Positions 10,346-20,686 are shown, numbered from the stretch's first letter. The stretch is DNA of 64,000 nucleotides from Candidatus Oxydemutatoraceae bacterium (GCA_965220085.1 CBDCOZ010000002.1:64001-128000), one strand, 5' to 3'. Made by a program: numbers and translations. Notes: generated by a model not told the origin, from the sequence alone.

Positions 10346-11140
10346 GTCTTTGCGTTGCGCATCCGACAGGCCGCTGCCGATGCGAAAGACGCGCCCTTGC
10401 GGGGTGCGCACCCGCAGCGAGCCGGTCATGCCGGCGTATTTGCCGCGCCCCGGGCGGTGGCCGATAACGGTCGCTTCGGCATCATAAAACGGTTTGTATT
10501 TGAGCAAGTCTCTGCTGCGCCCGCTTTGATGATAGGAGTCTATCCGCCGCAACATCAGCCCTTCGCCGCCGCCGGCAACGGTCTCGTCAAAGAGCGCTTG
10601 CAACGCTTCGCGCGAGGCGACGGGCCGCTGTCGCACGACTTGCCAGAAAGCGTTTTTACTGGCGGCGACAAGCGCGCGCAGCGCCGCCTGCCGCTGCCGA
10701 AATGTTCCGGCGTGTGCGGGCAGGTCAAACACCATGAAACGAATCTCGCGCCAGCCATCGTGCGGTTGCTGTTTGCGCACGACCGAGACGGTCGCCTCAA
10801 ACTGCCCGCGCCCCAACCACAACTCACCGTCCAGCGCTGTGGCGGGAAGGTCGGCGACGAACCAGTGCGGCGCGGCGAACACATTGCCGCTGCGCGAGCG
10901 CAATCGTTGCCCGTCCCACACCGCGCGCACGCCATCGTATTTTTCACTGACCCAATACTCGGCGAGGTCCACCGTGTTGTCGTCGGGGCGATAGGCGTCG
11001 GCGAGCGACACTTCGGGCGCTGCTTTGGTCGCATCCGCCGCGTCCGCAACGGGGTGCGGTATCGCAACGCCGACGGCGAAGATCGCGCAGGCAATCAGGT
11101 TTGTCGTGCGCGTGAAAGTAACTGTAAAAATGTTCATCAT
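10241..11140 (-). CDS. Minimal ATP-dependent DNA ligase with N-terminal signal-like sequence (Lig E type)
   Basis: Motif I SEKYDGVRA, LDGELW, GGEGLMLR, LLKYKP and OB-fold IGSGLSD. Hydrophobic N-terminus ending VADA. Start uncertain (11137-11218). Confidence 0.9.
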   Translation of the reverse strand: MMNIFTVTFTRTTNLIACAIFAVGVAIPHPVADAADATKAAPEVSLADAYRPDDNTVDLAEYWVSEKYDGVRAVWDGQRLRSRSGNVFAAPHWFVADLPATALDGELWLGRGQFEATVSVVRKQQPHDGWREIRFMVFDLPAHAGTFRQRQAALRALVAASKNAFWQVVRQRPVASREALQALFDETVAGGGEGLMLRRIDSYHQSGRSRDLLKYKPFYDAEATVIGHRPGRGKYAGMTGSLRVRTPQGRVFRIGSGLSDAQRKDPPPVGATITYRYQGLTRNGLPRHPVYLRIRRPAP

Positions 11141-11397
11141 GGCCTTATAAAACACCATTACAAGGCCTGCGCCGCAACCAATATGCCGAAAGAGCCATTT
11201 TTTCCGATAAGCGGTCATGCATCATGCCGAAGCATTGCGGGGTTCCGGCTACAACACGATGCAATAGCAACACCGGCTACGGCATCAACGGTTTCTATGA
11301 AAGCGGGGATGTCTGGCGCAAGCAAAACGGTGCGCCAGATACGTGCGGAAAGTTTGCGGTTGCCATCGGGTTGCGCACTCGTCAGCTTCCAAGGAGC

Positions 11398-11560
11398 GTG
11401 TCGTGCGAGCGTTGCGGGTGGCTACGCTATCGCAGCGGGCCTGCGAGGAGGAGTGTGTCGTGCGAGCGCTGCGGGTGGCTGCGTTATCGCAGTCGGTTGC
11501 GAGAAGGGATGTGTCGTGCGAGCGCCGTGAGGTTCTTGCGCTATCGCAGCGGGCCTTCCA
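11398..11560. repeat. Three degenerate ~56 bp tandem copies spanning the stop codon of the 11541 gene
   Basis: gtgtcgtgcgagcg...gctatcgcag at ~11398, 11455 and 11511. Confidence 0.8.
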
Positions 11561-13019
11561 GAAAGACGCGCAGTCGCAAGCGCAGGTGCTCCACCAGATT
11601 GATGTTCATGGTGCGGGTTTCGGTGTTTGGGCCGCCATAGTTCATGGTGTAGGTGAAACTGGCGAAGTTGGGTGTGACTGCGGAGTCGGGCGGGGGGTAA
11701 TAGATGAGCCTTTGTACTGTGTTAGCCAGGAGGTTGCTGCCTCTTCTGTTGGTGATGGGCCTGGATGCGCCTGCAAGATGCAATGTGCCGGTGCCGGATT
11801 CTATGGTGGTGACTATTCTGATGCTGACCAGCATGCCGACATCCTCGCCCGGGAATGCGAAGTCGGATGGCTTGAACCTGTAGGGCTCTGATTCGCTGGC
11901 GGTAATCGGCACACTCACCGAATTGGCTCTGGCGATGACGTTGCCTGCGGAACAGCGCATCTCGGCGGTGTTTATGCCGTCGGTGAAACGGAGGCAGGCA
12001 CGGATGTATTGGCCGACATGTTCCCGCGCGGGCGTGAAGGTGGCGACGGTGGCCCCGTCGATGTCGGCGTATGTGCCGGCCTGGGCGAGGGCGGATTGCC
12101 ATTGCCAACTGCGTCTGTGGGTGGGGATGCCGTTGGCATCGGCTACGGTGCCTATGCCGGCGGTCAGTTCCACGCCTTCGTGATAGGCGATGCCCGATGC
12201 CGCTGTCACAGTCGCTGTGCCGGTGGCCGGCACTGCCGTGGCCGGCACCAAATCAATGGTGATGGTGCCATTGTTACTGCAACAATTTGTAGCGAAGATT
12301 GTTTCAGTCCTTATTGAATATTCAAAATTGGCATAGCCCGCCATGGCCGTGGCCCCATCGGGCGGCGTGTATGTGACAAGACCCTCTGCAAGTTCTTGAG
12401 CGGTAAAGCTCTGACCGGCGGATACGCTGTTGGAAATACCGGTAACACTAACAGTCATGGCTCCAAGGGCGGGCACAGATTGTGCGACCATCACTCCTAG
12501 CGCACTACCATCTTCATCGGTAAACGGGAAGTCATCCGCCGAGAAGACATATCTGCCGCCCGCCCGCACATAGATGGTGTTGTTATCTGCAACCGGGGCA
12601 TCATTGACATTGACCACAGCGGCGGCGGAGCTCCAGCATCGGGTCTCGTCGTTGCCGGCATCATCGTCAAAGGCGGCGCAGACGCGCAGAAACTTGCCGA
12701 CATGAGCCTGCAGGGGCGTGAAGGTGGCGGCGGTTTCCCCGGTTATGGCGGAGTAGGCGCTGTCCGCCGGGGTGCCGCTGGCCGGGGCATCGGCTTGTTG
12801 CCACTGCCAAGTCGGCGTGAAAGTGGTTATGCTGTCGGGGTCGTTTATGGTGCCCTGGGCGGCGGTCAGCACACTGTCCTCATTCGGTCCCGTCGTGGTC
12901 AGGTTGGTGCCGTCCGCCGCCGTGACGCCCGGTGTGCCAGTGGCGTTCTGCGCTTGCGCCTGAGCGCAGACAACAAACAGCGCCGGCAACAGAAGCGACC
13001 AAAGACTGCGCCGTATCAT
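11541..13019 (-). CDS. Secreted Ig/cadherin-like repeat protein (putative adhesin), paralog A
   Basis: Signal peptide (...AQAQA), two WQWQ..Y..I.G.T.ATFTP...HVG..(L/I)R.C..F modules, VNVNDAPVA, C-terminus HLRLRLRVFLEGPLR. True start may be ATG 13087 (see poly-C finding). Confidence 0.75.
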   Translation of the reverse strand: MIRRSLWSLLLPALFVVCAQAQAQNATGTPGVTAADGTNLTTTGPNEDSVLTAAQGTINDPDSITTFTPTWQWQQADAPASGTPADSAYSAITGETAATFTPLQAHVGKFLRVCAAFDDDAGNDETRCWSSAAAVVNVNDAPVADNNTIYVRAGGRYVFSADDFPFTDEDGSALGVMVAQSVPALGAMTVSVTGISNSVSAGQSFTAQELAEGLVTYTPPDGATAMAGYANFEYSIRTETIFATNCCSNNGTITIDLVPATAVPATGTATVTAASGIAYHEGVELTAGIGTVADANGIPTHRRSWQWQSALAQAGTYADIDGATVATFTPAREHVGQYIRACLRFTDGINTAEMRCSAGNVIARANSVSVPITASESEPYRFKPSDFAFPGEDVGMLVSIRIVTTIESGTGTLHLAGASRPITNRRGSNLLANTVQRLIYYPPPDSAVTPNFASFTYTMNYGGPNTETRTMNINLVEHLRLRLRVFLEGPLR

Positions 13020-13036
13020 CGTTGCCCGCCAGTGCA

Positions 13037-13067
<31 letters not shown>

Positions 13068-13189
13068 ATTAAATTTTTTCGATTCATGGTATCACTCCTA
13101 ATGTTTAGTCTTTATCTGGCAAATGCAGTCATGTAATATGTGCGCAAACAGCATTTAATGAGGCTCGGTAATAAGAGGCACAAACAACT

Positions 13190-13300
13190 CCGTTGTTTGT
13201 GTCCTTGATTAATCGTTTGTGGTCCCTTAAGTTGTTTGTGTGTCCTTGATTCATTGTTTGTAACTTCTTAAATTGTTTGTCCTCATAAACTGTTTGCAGA
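13190..13300. promoter_or_regulatory. AT-rich upstream region with (T/C)GTTTG motifs at ~20 bp periodicity
   Basis: GTTTG cores at ~13194, 13214, 13233, 13255, 13273 and 13291; GTGTCCTTGATT occurs twice. Confidence 0.5.
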
Positions 13301-13510
13301 CTGTTTAATGAATGCCGCACTCTTTAATAATGAGTACTGCTACTCTTAGCGCTGTCTACTCTACCACAAAGCGCAAGTCATTTGCAAGCACATCCTGCCT
13401 CGCCCTTGTGTGACTCCATAACACCTCCGTAGCGGCATACCTTTATGGGGCATGCTCGCTCCCTTGCGCGCGCCCCGCAACATTCCCTTCTCCGCCGTGG
13501 GCTGCTTGCG

Positions 13511-15082
13511 TTATCGCAACGGGTCTTCGAGGAAGAGGCGCAACCGCAAGCGCAGGTGCTCCACCAGATGGATGTTCATCGTGCGGGTTGCGGTGTTTGT
13601 GCCGCCATAGTTCATGGTGTAGGTGAAAGTGGCGAAGCTGGGGGTGGCGACGGAGTTGGCCGGGGGATAATAGGTGAGATTTTCTATTCCAGTATCTTGT
13701 ACGGAGTCGCCGTTTTCAACGGGCATTGGTCCCGCGCGAAATATGCCCTTGCCGGATGCTATCGTGGAGACTATTCTGATGCTTCTCAGATTGCCGGTGG
13801 GATCGCCCGGGAATGCGAAGTCGGATGCCTTGAAGGTGTAGGGCATGTTTGCGTTGGCGGAGATCGCCACACTCACCGAATTGGCTCCGGTGATGACGTT
13901 GCCGGCGGTGCACAGCGTGGGGGCGGCGGCGGTGCCGCCCTCGGCGTTGCCTCTGCCGTCGGTGAAACGGAGGCAGACGCGGATGTATTGGCCGATATGG
14001 TCTTGCCCGGGCGTGAAGGTGGCGGCGGTGGCCTCGTTGATGTCGGTGTATGCGCTGGCCTGGGTGGCGGACTGTTGCCACTGCCACATCAGGTTTCTGG
14101 CGTGGGGGATGCCGTTGGCATCGGTGATGCCGGTGGTACTGGCGGTCAGTTCCACACCCGCGCTATAAGCTACCGCTGTCACCGTCGGCGCACCGGTTGC
14201 CACCGATGTCGCGGACGACACCAGAGCGAAGGTGATGGTGCCTTCGTTGTCGTCACTGGCCCTCTGTGATGCGGTTGTTACTCCGGTGACAATTCTGTAG
14301 TCAAAGCTGGCATAATTTGCCATAGGCGTGGTGGGAGCAGGAGTGGGTAACCTGTACACGAAAGTAGGGAAAGCAATGGAGCCTACGCCAAGTCCTCGCC
14401 CGCTTGGTGTATCCTCTATTTCCGCAGTAATTCTAGCACTCGTTAAAACCCCTATGCCATAATCCAACTCACCGAGGGCGGGCGCACTCTGCACAAACAG
14501 AGCGTTGACGAAACTGTCGCCATCCTCATCGGTGAACGGGAAGTCACTCGCCTTAAAACTGTAAGTAGTGGTGCCCAGCGGAATGAAAACAATGTTGTCC
14601 AGCGCAATCGGGTCATCTTGCACATTGACCACAGCGGCGGCGGAGGTCCAGCATCGGATCTCGCGGTTGTTGGCATCATCGGTAAAGGAGGCGCAGACGC
14701 GCAGAAACTTGCCGACATGGGCTTGCAACGGCGTGAAGGTGGCGGCAGTGGCTCCGGCTATGTTGGCGTAGGCGCTGGCCGTCGGGACGCCGCTAGCCGG
14801 GGCATCGGCTTGTGACCACTGCCAAGTCGGCGTGAAAGTGGTGATGGTATCGGGGTCGTCTATCATGCCTCGGGATGCGGTCAGTTGGTTGTCCTCGTTG
14901 GGGCCCATCGTAGCCAGATTGGTGCTGTCGGCCGCTGTGACCGTCGGCGCGCCAGTGGCGTTCTGTGCTTGCGCTTGTGCGCAGACGGCAAACAACGCCG
15001 GCAACATCAGCGCCCAGAGGCTGCGCCGTATCATCGTTGCGCCCCGTTGCGCGGGGGTGATATCCGAAGTTTTACGATTCAT
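13511..15082 (-). CDS. Secreted Ig/cadherin-like repeat protein (putative adhesin), paralog B
   Basis: Same architecture as paralog A, near-identical Ig modules, divergent central domain, C-terminus HLRLRLRLFLEDPLR. Start could be 15034, 15082 or 15106. Confidence 0.75.
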   Translation of the reverse strand: MNRKTSDITPAQRGATMIRRSLWALMLPALFAVCAQAQAQNATGAPTVTAADSTNLATMGPNEDNQLTASRGMIDDPDTITTFTPTWQWSQADAPASGVPTASAYANIAGATAATFTPLQAHVGKFLRVCASFTDDANNREIRCWTSAAAVVNVQDDPIALDNIVFIPLGTTTYSFKASDFPFTDEDGDSFVNALFVQSAPALGELDYGIGVLTSARITAEIEDTPSGRGLGVGSIAFPTFVYRLPTPAPTTPMANYASFDYRIVTGVTTASQRASDDNEGTITFALVSSATSVATGAPTVTAVAYSAGVELTASTTGITDANGIPHARNLMWQWQQSATQASAYTDINEATAATFTPGQDHIGQYIRVCLRFTDGRGNAEGGTAAAPTLCTAGNVITGANSVSVAISANANMPYTFKASDFAFPGDPTGNLRSIRIVSTIASGKGIFRAGPMPVENGDSVQDTGIENLTYYPPANSVATPSFATFTYTMNYGGTNTATRTMNIHLVEHLRLRLRLFLEDPLR

Positions 15083-15162
15083 CACTATGGTTTTTGATAA
15101 TGGCATGTCTCATGCATGTACGATAAGTGTCGTACTATACCATAAAATGCGCGTCATCCGCT

Positions 15163-15403
15163 CATGTCTTTGTAGCTTGCCGCATTCCTTGTGCGCTCCT
15201 GATACTTGCCCTCGCCCTGCGGCGGCATAGCCTGCCCCGTCCGCAATGTCTTTGTATCTTGCGCCTCCTTGTGCGCCTGACACGCGCCCTCTCCTTGCGG
15301 CGGCACAGTGCCCGCCCCGTCCGCAATGCCTTTGTATCTTGCGCCTCCTTTGTGCGCCTGACATGCGCCTCGCCCTCGCCTGCGGCACAGCGCCCGCCCC
15401 GTC
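15163..15403. repeat. Three degenerate ~80 bp intergenic tandem repeats
   Basis: atg(t/c)ctttgta(t/g)cttg...tgcggc(g)gca(c/t)ag...gccccgtc at ~15163, 15243 and 15323. Confidence 0.8.
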
Positions 15404-15637
15404 TTGGCAGGGGTTCCAGGCGGCGCCTCCGCGCATCGCTGCGGATACGGAGTCTGACCGATGATGCCGGCGGCCTGTTTGCGGGTTCCAGGCGGCGCAT
15501 CCGGGCGTTGCTGCGGATGCCGCGCAAGCGCTCGCCGACAACCTGTGCCGGGGGCGCCCGGCATGTCGGAGCATCCCACACTCTCTTATACGGGCCGGCT
15601 TGTGCTATGCTTTGCGATTCTCTGATACTTTTTGGCA

Positions 15638-16477
15638 ATGAGTTTACGGCACAAGAGCAGAATGGTTTTACTGACGGCGGTGGCGGTGCTGCTGCCGGGT
15701 TGCGGTCATGCTATCTTTGAGCGGCTTGCGTTCGCGCCGGCCGCGCGGCTGTCGCCGACACAAAACCACTGCGACTATTACGAGTACGCCGACCGCACGT
15801 GCGAGGAGATCGGCAGCCGCGAAATTTTCTTTCCGTCGCTGGATGCGCAGATCGAATTGCAGGGGTTGTTCTTTCCCAACGCGCAGTCGGATCGCATCAT
15901 CGTCTACTTTCACGGCAACGGCGGGCATGTGTATATGCGCATCCCGTATCTGGTCAAACTGTCGCAGATTGCAAACGTCTTTATCTTGAGTTATCGCGGT
16001 TACGGCAAGAGTCAGGGCAAGCCCACCGAGGCGGGCATCTATCAGGACGCGCGCGCTGCGCTGCGGTATGTGCGCGCGCAACTGGGGTTTGCTGCGGACA
16101 AGACATACTTGTACGGCGGGTCGCTGGGGGCGGCGGTGGCGATAGAGGTCGCGCAGGATGCGACCTATGCCGGACACATTTTGATTGCGCCCTTTTTGAG
16201 CGGCAAGGCGATGGCCGAGAAGCGCGGGCTGGGGTGGGTGCCGGGGCTCGGCCGTCCGTTTGATTCGGTGAACAAGGTGGCGGATATCACCGCGCCGACG
16301 TTGTTCATTCACGGCACCGAGGATGCGATCGTGCCGTATGCGCAGGGCTACGCGCTCTATCAGGCGTTCCCGGGACGCAAGACGTTTAAGACGGTGGAGG
16401 GCGCCGGGCATACCGGCTTGATCCGCCATGTCGGCGATGAGTATTGGCGGTGGCTGCGGGAGTTCGTCGCGCCATAA
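15638..16477 (+). CDS. Alpha/beta hydrolase (BEM46/ABHD-like), putative lipoprotein
   Basis: YFHGNG, YRGYGKS.G.PTEAG, GGSLG nucleophile, IHGTEDAIVP, GAGH and lipobox-like LPGC. Confidence 0.9.
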   Translation: MSLRHKSRMVLLTAVAVLLPGCGHAIFERLAFAPAARLSPTQNHCDYYEYADRTCEEIGSREIFFPSLDAQIELQGLFFPNAQSDRIIVYFHGNGGHVYMRIPYLVKLSQIANVFILSYRGYGKSQGKPTEAGIYQDARAALRYVRAQLGFAADKTYLYGGSLGAAVAIEVAQDATYAGHILIAPFLSGKAMAEKRGLGWVPGLGRPFDSVNKVADITAPTLFIHGTEDAIVPYAQGYALYQAFPGRKTFKTVEGAGHTGLIRHVGDEYWRWLREFVAP

Positions 16478-16499
16478 TCGGTCGCGTGTAAAATGTTGC

Positions 16500-16990
16500 G
16501 AGCGCTCTATCGGGCGTTCCCCGGACGCAAGACGTTTAAGACGGCGGAGGGCGCCGGTCATGCCGGCTTGATCCGCCGAGTCGGCGACGAATACTGGCGG
16601 TGGATGCGGGAGTTCGTCGCGCAATGACGCGGCGCGTGTGAAATGTTGCGAGCACTCTATCAGGCGTTCTAATCGCGCCCTTTTTGAGCGGCAAGGCGAT
16701 GGCCGAACGGCGCGGGCTGGGGCGGGCGCCGGGGCTCGGTCGTCCGTTTGATTCGGTGAACAAGGTGGCGCATATCACCGCGCCGACGCTGTTCATTCAC
16801 GGCGCCGAGGCTGCGATCGTGCCGTATGAGCAGGGCTACGCGCTCTATCGGGCGTTCCCGGGAAACAAGACGTTTAAGAAGGCGGAGAGCGCCGGGCACA
16901 CCGGCTTGATTCGCCAAGTCGGCGACGAATACTGGCGGCGGATGCGGGAGTTCGTCGCGCAATAGTCGGTCGCGTGTAAAATGTTGCGAT
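16500..16990 (+). repeat. Two diverged partial duplicates of the hydrolase 3' end
   Basis: 16500-16650 copies ~16350-16500, and 16670-16990 copies ~16180-16500 (ORF 16684-16965 ...WRRMREFVAQ). Confidence 0.9.
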
Positions 16991-17016
16991 AGGAGCATTA
17001 AACCGGAGGGGGTACG

Positions 17017-18051
17017 ATGGAATACAGACAACTTGGAACTACGGACCTTCGCGTCAGCGTCATTTGTCTTGGCACGATGACGTGGGGCGAGCAGAACGAC
17101 GAGCGCGAGGGGCACGCGCAACTGGATTACGCGCTGGAGCGCGGCATCAATTTTATTGACACCGCCGAGATGTATCCGGTGCCGCCGTGCGCGGAAACGC
17201 AGGGGCGCACCGAGGCGATCATCGGCAACTGGCTTGCCAAGCGATCGGATCGCGATCAGTTGATTATCGCGAGCAAAGTATCCGGCCCCGGCATGCAGGA
17301 GTATCTGCGCGGCGGGCCGAAACTGGCGCGCGACCATCTGGAGCGGGCGCTGGCCGACAGCCTGACGCGGTTGCAGACCGATTACATAGACCTCTATCAG
17401 GTGCATTGGCCGGCGCGGCATACCAACTTCTTCGGGCGCTTGGGCTATACGCACGCCGATGATTCGGAGGCGACGCCGATTGCGGAGACTTTGGCGGCGC
17501 TGGATGAGATGGTCGCGGCGGGGAAGGTGCGCCACATCGGCATCTCCAACGAGACGGCGTGGGGGACTATGCATTGGGTGCGGCTTGCCGAGCAACATGG
17601 TCAGGCGCGCATCGTCTCGGTGCAGAATCCTTATAACCTGCTCAACCGCACCTTTGAGGTCGGCTTGGCGGAGGTGGCGCACCGCGAACATGTCGGGTTG
17701 CTCGCTTATTCGCCGCTGGGGTTTGGGGCGCTGAGCGGAAAATATCTCGGCGGGCGGAAGCCGCCGAAGGCGCGCCTGACCTTGTTTGAGCAGTTCAAAC
17801 GCTATACGAGCGCGCTCGGGGAGGAGGCGACGCGCCGCTATGTCGATGTCGCGCGCGCGGCCGGGCTGGACCCGGCGCAGATGGCGCTGGCGTATGTCAA
17901 TACGCGGTCTTTTTTGACCGCCAATATCATCGGGGCGACGACGATGGAACAACTTGCCGATGACATTGCGAGCGCGGAGGTCGCGCTGTCCGATGATGTG
18001 CTGGATCAAATAGAGGAGATTCATACCGCCATTCCCAATCCCAGCCCCTGA
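17017..18051 (+). CDS. tas: NADP(H)-dependent aldo-keto reductase Tas
   Basis: ICLGTMTWGEQN, INFIDTAEMYPVPP, LYQVHWP, IGISNET.WG, SVQNPYNLLNR and LAYSPL.FG.LSGKY. Confidence 0.92.
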   Translation: MEYRQLGTTDLRVSVICLGTMTWGEQNDEREGHAQLDYALERGINFIDTAEMYPVPPCAETQGRTEAIIGNWLAKRSDRDQLIIASKVSGPGMQEYLRGGPKLARDHLERALADSLTRLQTDYIDLYQVHWPARHTNFFGRLGYTHADDSEATPIAETLAALDEMVAAGKVRHIGISNETAWGTMHWVRLAEQHGQARIVSVQNPYNLLNRTFEVGLAEVAHREHVGLLAYSPLGFGALSGKYLGGRKPPKARLTLFEQFKRYTSALGEEATRRYVDVARAAGLDPAQMALAYVNTRSFLTANIIGATTMEQLADDIASAEVALSDDVLDQIEEIHTAIPNPSP

Positions 18052-19010
18052 TGCCGTACCCCGACATCAGGCCGGAGCATCATCGCGCCGAGGGCGACGG
18101 GCGTATCGTTAGCATCGCGCTGAACGGCGGCGCCGAGGGGGGCGCTGTGGCGCTTGGGCCGGAACTTTTGAACGGCGTTGGAAGGCAGTTTGAAAACTGG
18201 TATGCGACGCCCGCCGCGCCGGTGCGCGCGCATGAGAGCGGCGTGCGCTATGCGGCGAACGCGGACATGGCCTGCGGGTTTTTGCCGCTGCGGCGGGGGC
18301 AGCCGGTGGCCGAGACGACCGCGCGGTTTTATCGGGCGCTGTTTGCGATTCTCAAAGAGTGCGGCGACTTCGCGCCGCTTCGGGTCTGGCATTACCTGCC
18401 GGATTTGAGCGGCGCGGGCGAGCCGACGCCGTATCGGATGTTTTGCCGCGCGCGGGCGGCTGTCATCGGCGCGGTGAGTCCCGGGATGCTGTGCGCGGCG
18501 ACTGTCATCGGCAGCGGCGCGGAGCACGGCCTGCTGTATTTTCTGGGCGGCGAGCGGGGCGGGCGCGTGATTGATAACCCGCGCCAGACCAATCCGAGCG
18601 ATTATCCGGCGCAGTATGGCGACCCGCCGCCGCTGTTTGCGCGCGCCGTGTTGCACCGCAGCGCTGCTGCCTGCCGACTGTATATCTCAGGCACCGCGAG
18701 CATCGTCGGCCATCGCTCGTGCCATGCGGGCGACGCTGTGGCGCAACTGGATGAGGTGGCCGACAACCTGCAGGCGTTGCTGGCGGCTGCGGCTGAGGCG
18801 GAACCCGCGTTTGCCGACAAGACCTTGCGCGACCTGCGCAGCGCCCGCCTCTACCTGAAGCGCCGCGCGGATTATGACGCTGTTGCCCGCGCCTTGCCCG
18901 CCCGCTTCGGTGCGCTGCCTGACCTCAAAATCTTTCGCGGCGAGATCTGCCGCCCCGAGTTGCTGGCGGAGATGGAGGGGATGATTGAGCAGCGGCGGGA
19001 GGGGACGTGA
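18051..19010 (+). CDS. FkbO/Hyg5/XanB2-family chorismatase-like protein
   Basis: LRVWHY, NPRQ...YP.QYG..PP.FARA, ISGTASIVGH and ICRPELL.E.EG. Confidence 0.8.
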   Translation: MPYPDIRPEHHRAEGDGRIVSIALNGGAEGGAVALGPELLNGVGRQFENWYATPAAPVRAHESGVRYAANADMACGFLPLRRGQPVAETTARFYRALFAILKECGDFAPLRVWHYLPDLSGAGEPTPYRMFCRARAAVIGAVSPGMLCAATVIGSGAEHGLLYFLGGERGGRVIDNPRQTNPSDYPAQYGDPPPLFARAVLHRSAAACRLYISGTASIVGHRSCHAGDAVAQLDEVADNLQALLAAAAEAEPAFADKTLRDLRSARLYLKRRADYDAVARALPARFGALPDLKIFRGEICRPELLAEMEGMIEQRREGT

Positions 19011-19620
19011 TGCGGTGCGCGGATTATGACGCTGTTACCCGCGCCCTGCCCGCCCGCTTCGGTGCGCTGCCGAATCTTAAAATCTTTCGCGGCGAGATCT
19101 GCCGCCCCGAACTGCTGGCGGAGATGGAGGGGATGATTGAGTGCTGGCGGGAGGGGGCGTGATGCGGTGCGCGGATTATGACGCTGTTGCCCGCGCCTTG
19201 CCCGCCCGCTTCGGTGCGTTGCCGGAGCTTAAAACCTTTCGCGGCGAGATCTGCCGCCCCGAGTTGCTGGCGGAGATGGAGGGGATGATCGAGCAACGGC
19301 GGGATGTGATGCGGTGTGCGGATTATGACGCTGTTCCCCGCGCCTTGCCCGCCTGCTTCGGTGCGTTGCCGGAACTTAAAATCTTTCGCGGCGAGATCTG
19401 CCGCCCCGAACTGCTGGTGGAGATGGAAGGGATGATCGAGCACCGCCGGGAGGGGACGTGATGCGGTGCGCGGATTATGACGCTGTTACCCGCGCCTTGC
19501 CCGCCCGCTTCGGTGCGCTGCCGGAACTTAAAATCTTTCGCGGCGAGATCTGCCGCCCCGAACTGCTGGTGGAGATGGAAGGGATGATCGAGCACCGCCG
19601 GGAGGGGACGTGATGCGGTG
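18867..19620 (+). repeat. Five tandem ~150 bp copies of the chorismatase-like 3' end (first is the gene itself)
   Basis: gcggattatgacgctgtt at ~18867, 19019, 19171, 19318 and 19470. Confidence 0.95.
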
Positions 19621-19706
19621 CGGTGTGCGAGAGATTTGCGATGCCACATGCCATGACCGTTGTCACCGAGTTGGGGTGATGCGGTGCGCCCGACGGGGGG
19701 CTTGCG

Positions 19707-20522
19707 ATGCCTGAGTTGCCGGAGGTTGAAACGACTCGGCGCGGCATCACGCCGCATCTTGCGGGCAAGCACATCGGCGAGGCGGTCGTGCGCCAGCACC
19801 GCTTGCGCTTGCCGGTGACGCGCGGGCTCGCCGGCAAGGTCGGCGGGCAGCGGGTCGTGCGGGTGTCGCGGCGCGGCAAGTATATTCTGTTGCACTTGCA
19901 ACGCGGCTGCCTGCTCTTTCACCTCGGCATGTCCGGCAGTTTGCGCATCCTGCGAGAGGCGAGCGCGCCCGCCGCTCACGACCATCTGGACATCGTGATG
20001 AAGAACGGAACCGTCATGCGCTTTCGCGACCCGCGCCGCTTCGGTACCGTCCTGTGGCTGGCGGGCGACCCGTTGCGGCACAAGTTGCTGGCGCGCCTTG
20101 GGCCCGAACCGCTGGGCGACGAGTTCACCGGCGCGCATCTGCACCGCGCGGCGCAGGGGCGGCGCACGGCGGTGAAGAATCTGATTATGGACTCGCATGT
20201 CGTCGTCGGTGTCGGCAACATTTACGCGAGCGAGGCGCTGTTTGCGGCGGGCATCCATCCGGCGCGACCGGCGTGTCGCATCTCAAAGCCTCGCTACGAG
20301 CGACTTGCGGATGCCATCCGCGATGTGCTGGCGGAAGCAATCGCCGCCGGCGGAACTACGCTGCGCGACTTCATGCGCGAGGACGGGCGGCCCGGATACT
20401 TCAGTGTGAAGCTGTCGGTCTATCATCGTGCGGGAGAGGCGTGCCCGGTTTGTGCGACGCCGATTGCCAAGCGTGTCATCGGCCAGCGCGCGAGTTTTTA
20501 TTGTTCGCGTTGCCAGCGCTGA
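19707..20522 (+). CDS. mutM: Formamidopyrimidine-DNA glycosylase
   Basis: MPELPEVET, RRGKY, HLGMSG, DPRRFG, GVGNIYASE and C-terminal zinc finger CPVC..YCSRCQ. Confidence 0.98.
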   Translation: MPELPEVETTRRGITPHLAGKHIGEAVVRQHRLRLPVTRGLAGKVGGQRVVRVSRRGKYILLHLQRGCLLFHLGMSGSLRILREASAPAAHDHLDIVMKNGTVMRFRDPRRFGTVLWLAGDPLRHKLLARLGPEPLGDEFTGAHLHRAAQGRRTAVKNLIMDSHVVVGVGNIYASEALFAAGIHPARPACRISKPRYERLADAIRDVLAEAIAAGGTTLRDFMREDGRPGYFSVKLSVYHRAGEACPVCATPIAKRVIGQRASFYCSRCQR

Positions 20523-20686
20523 TGAGGGGCGCAAGGCGGAATTTTATGAGTGTTCCTAAATTAGTATTCGTTAATTCTTTTTCTCTTCCGTCATCCCATC
20601 GTTATATTTGGGAATGAAGGGAATCTCAATTCCCGAATCGGGATTGGACTTTGCGTCTATCCGGACAACCGAGGACCACGGAAGCG

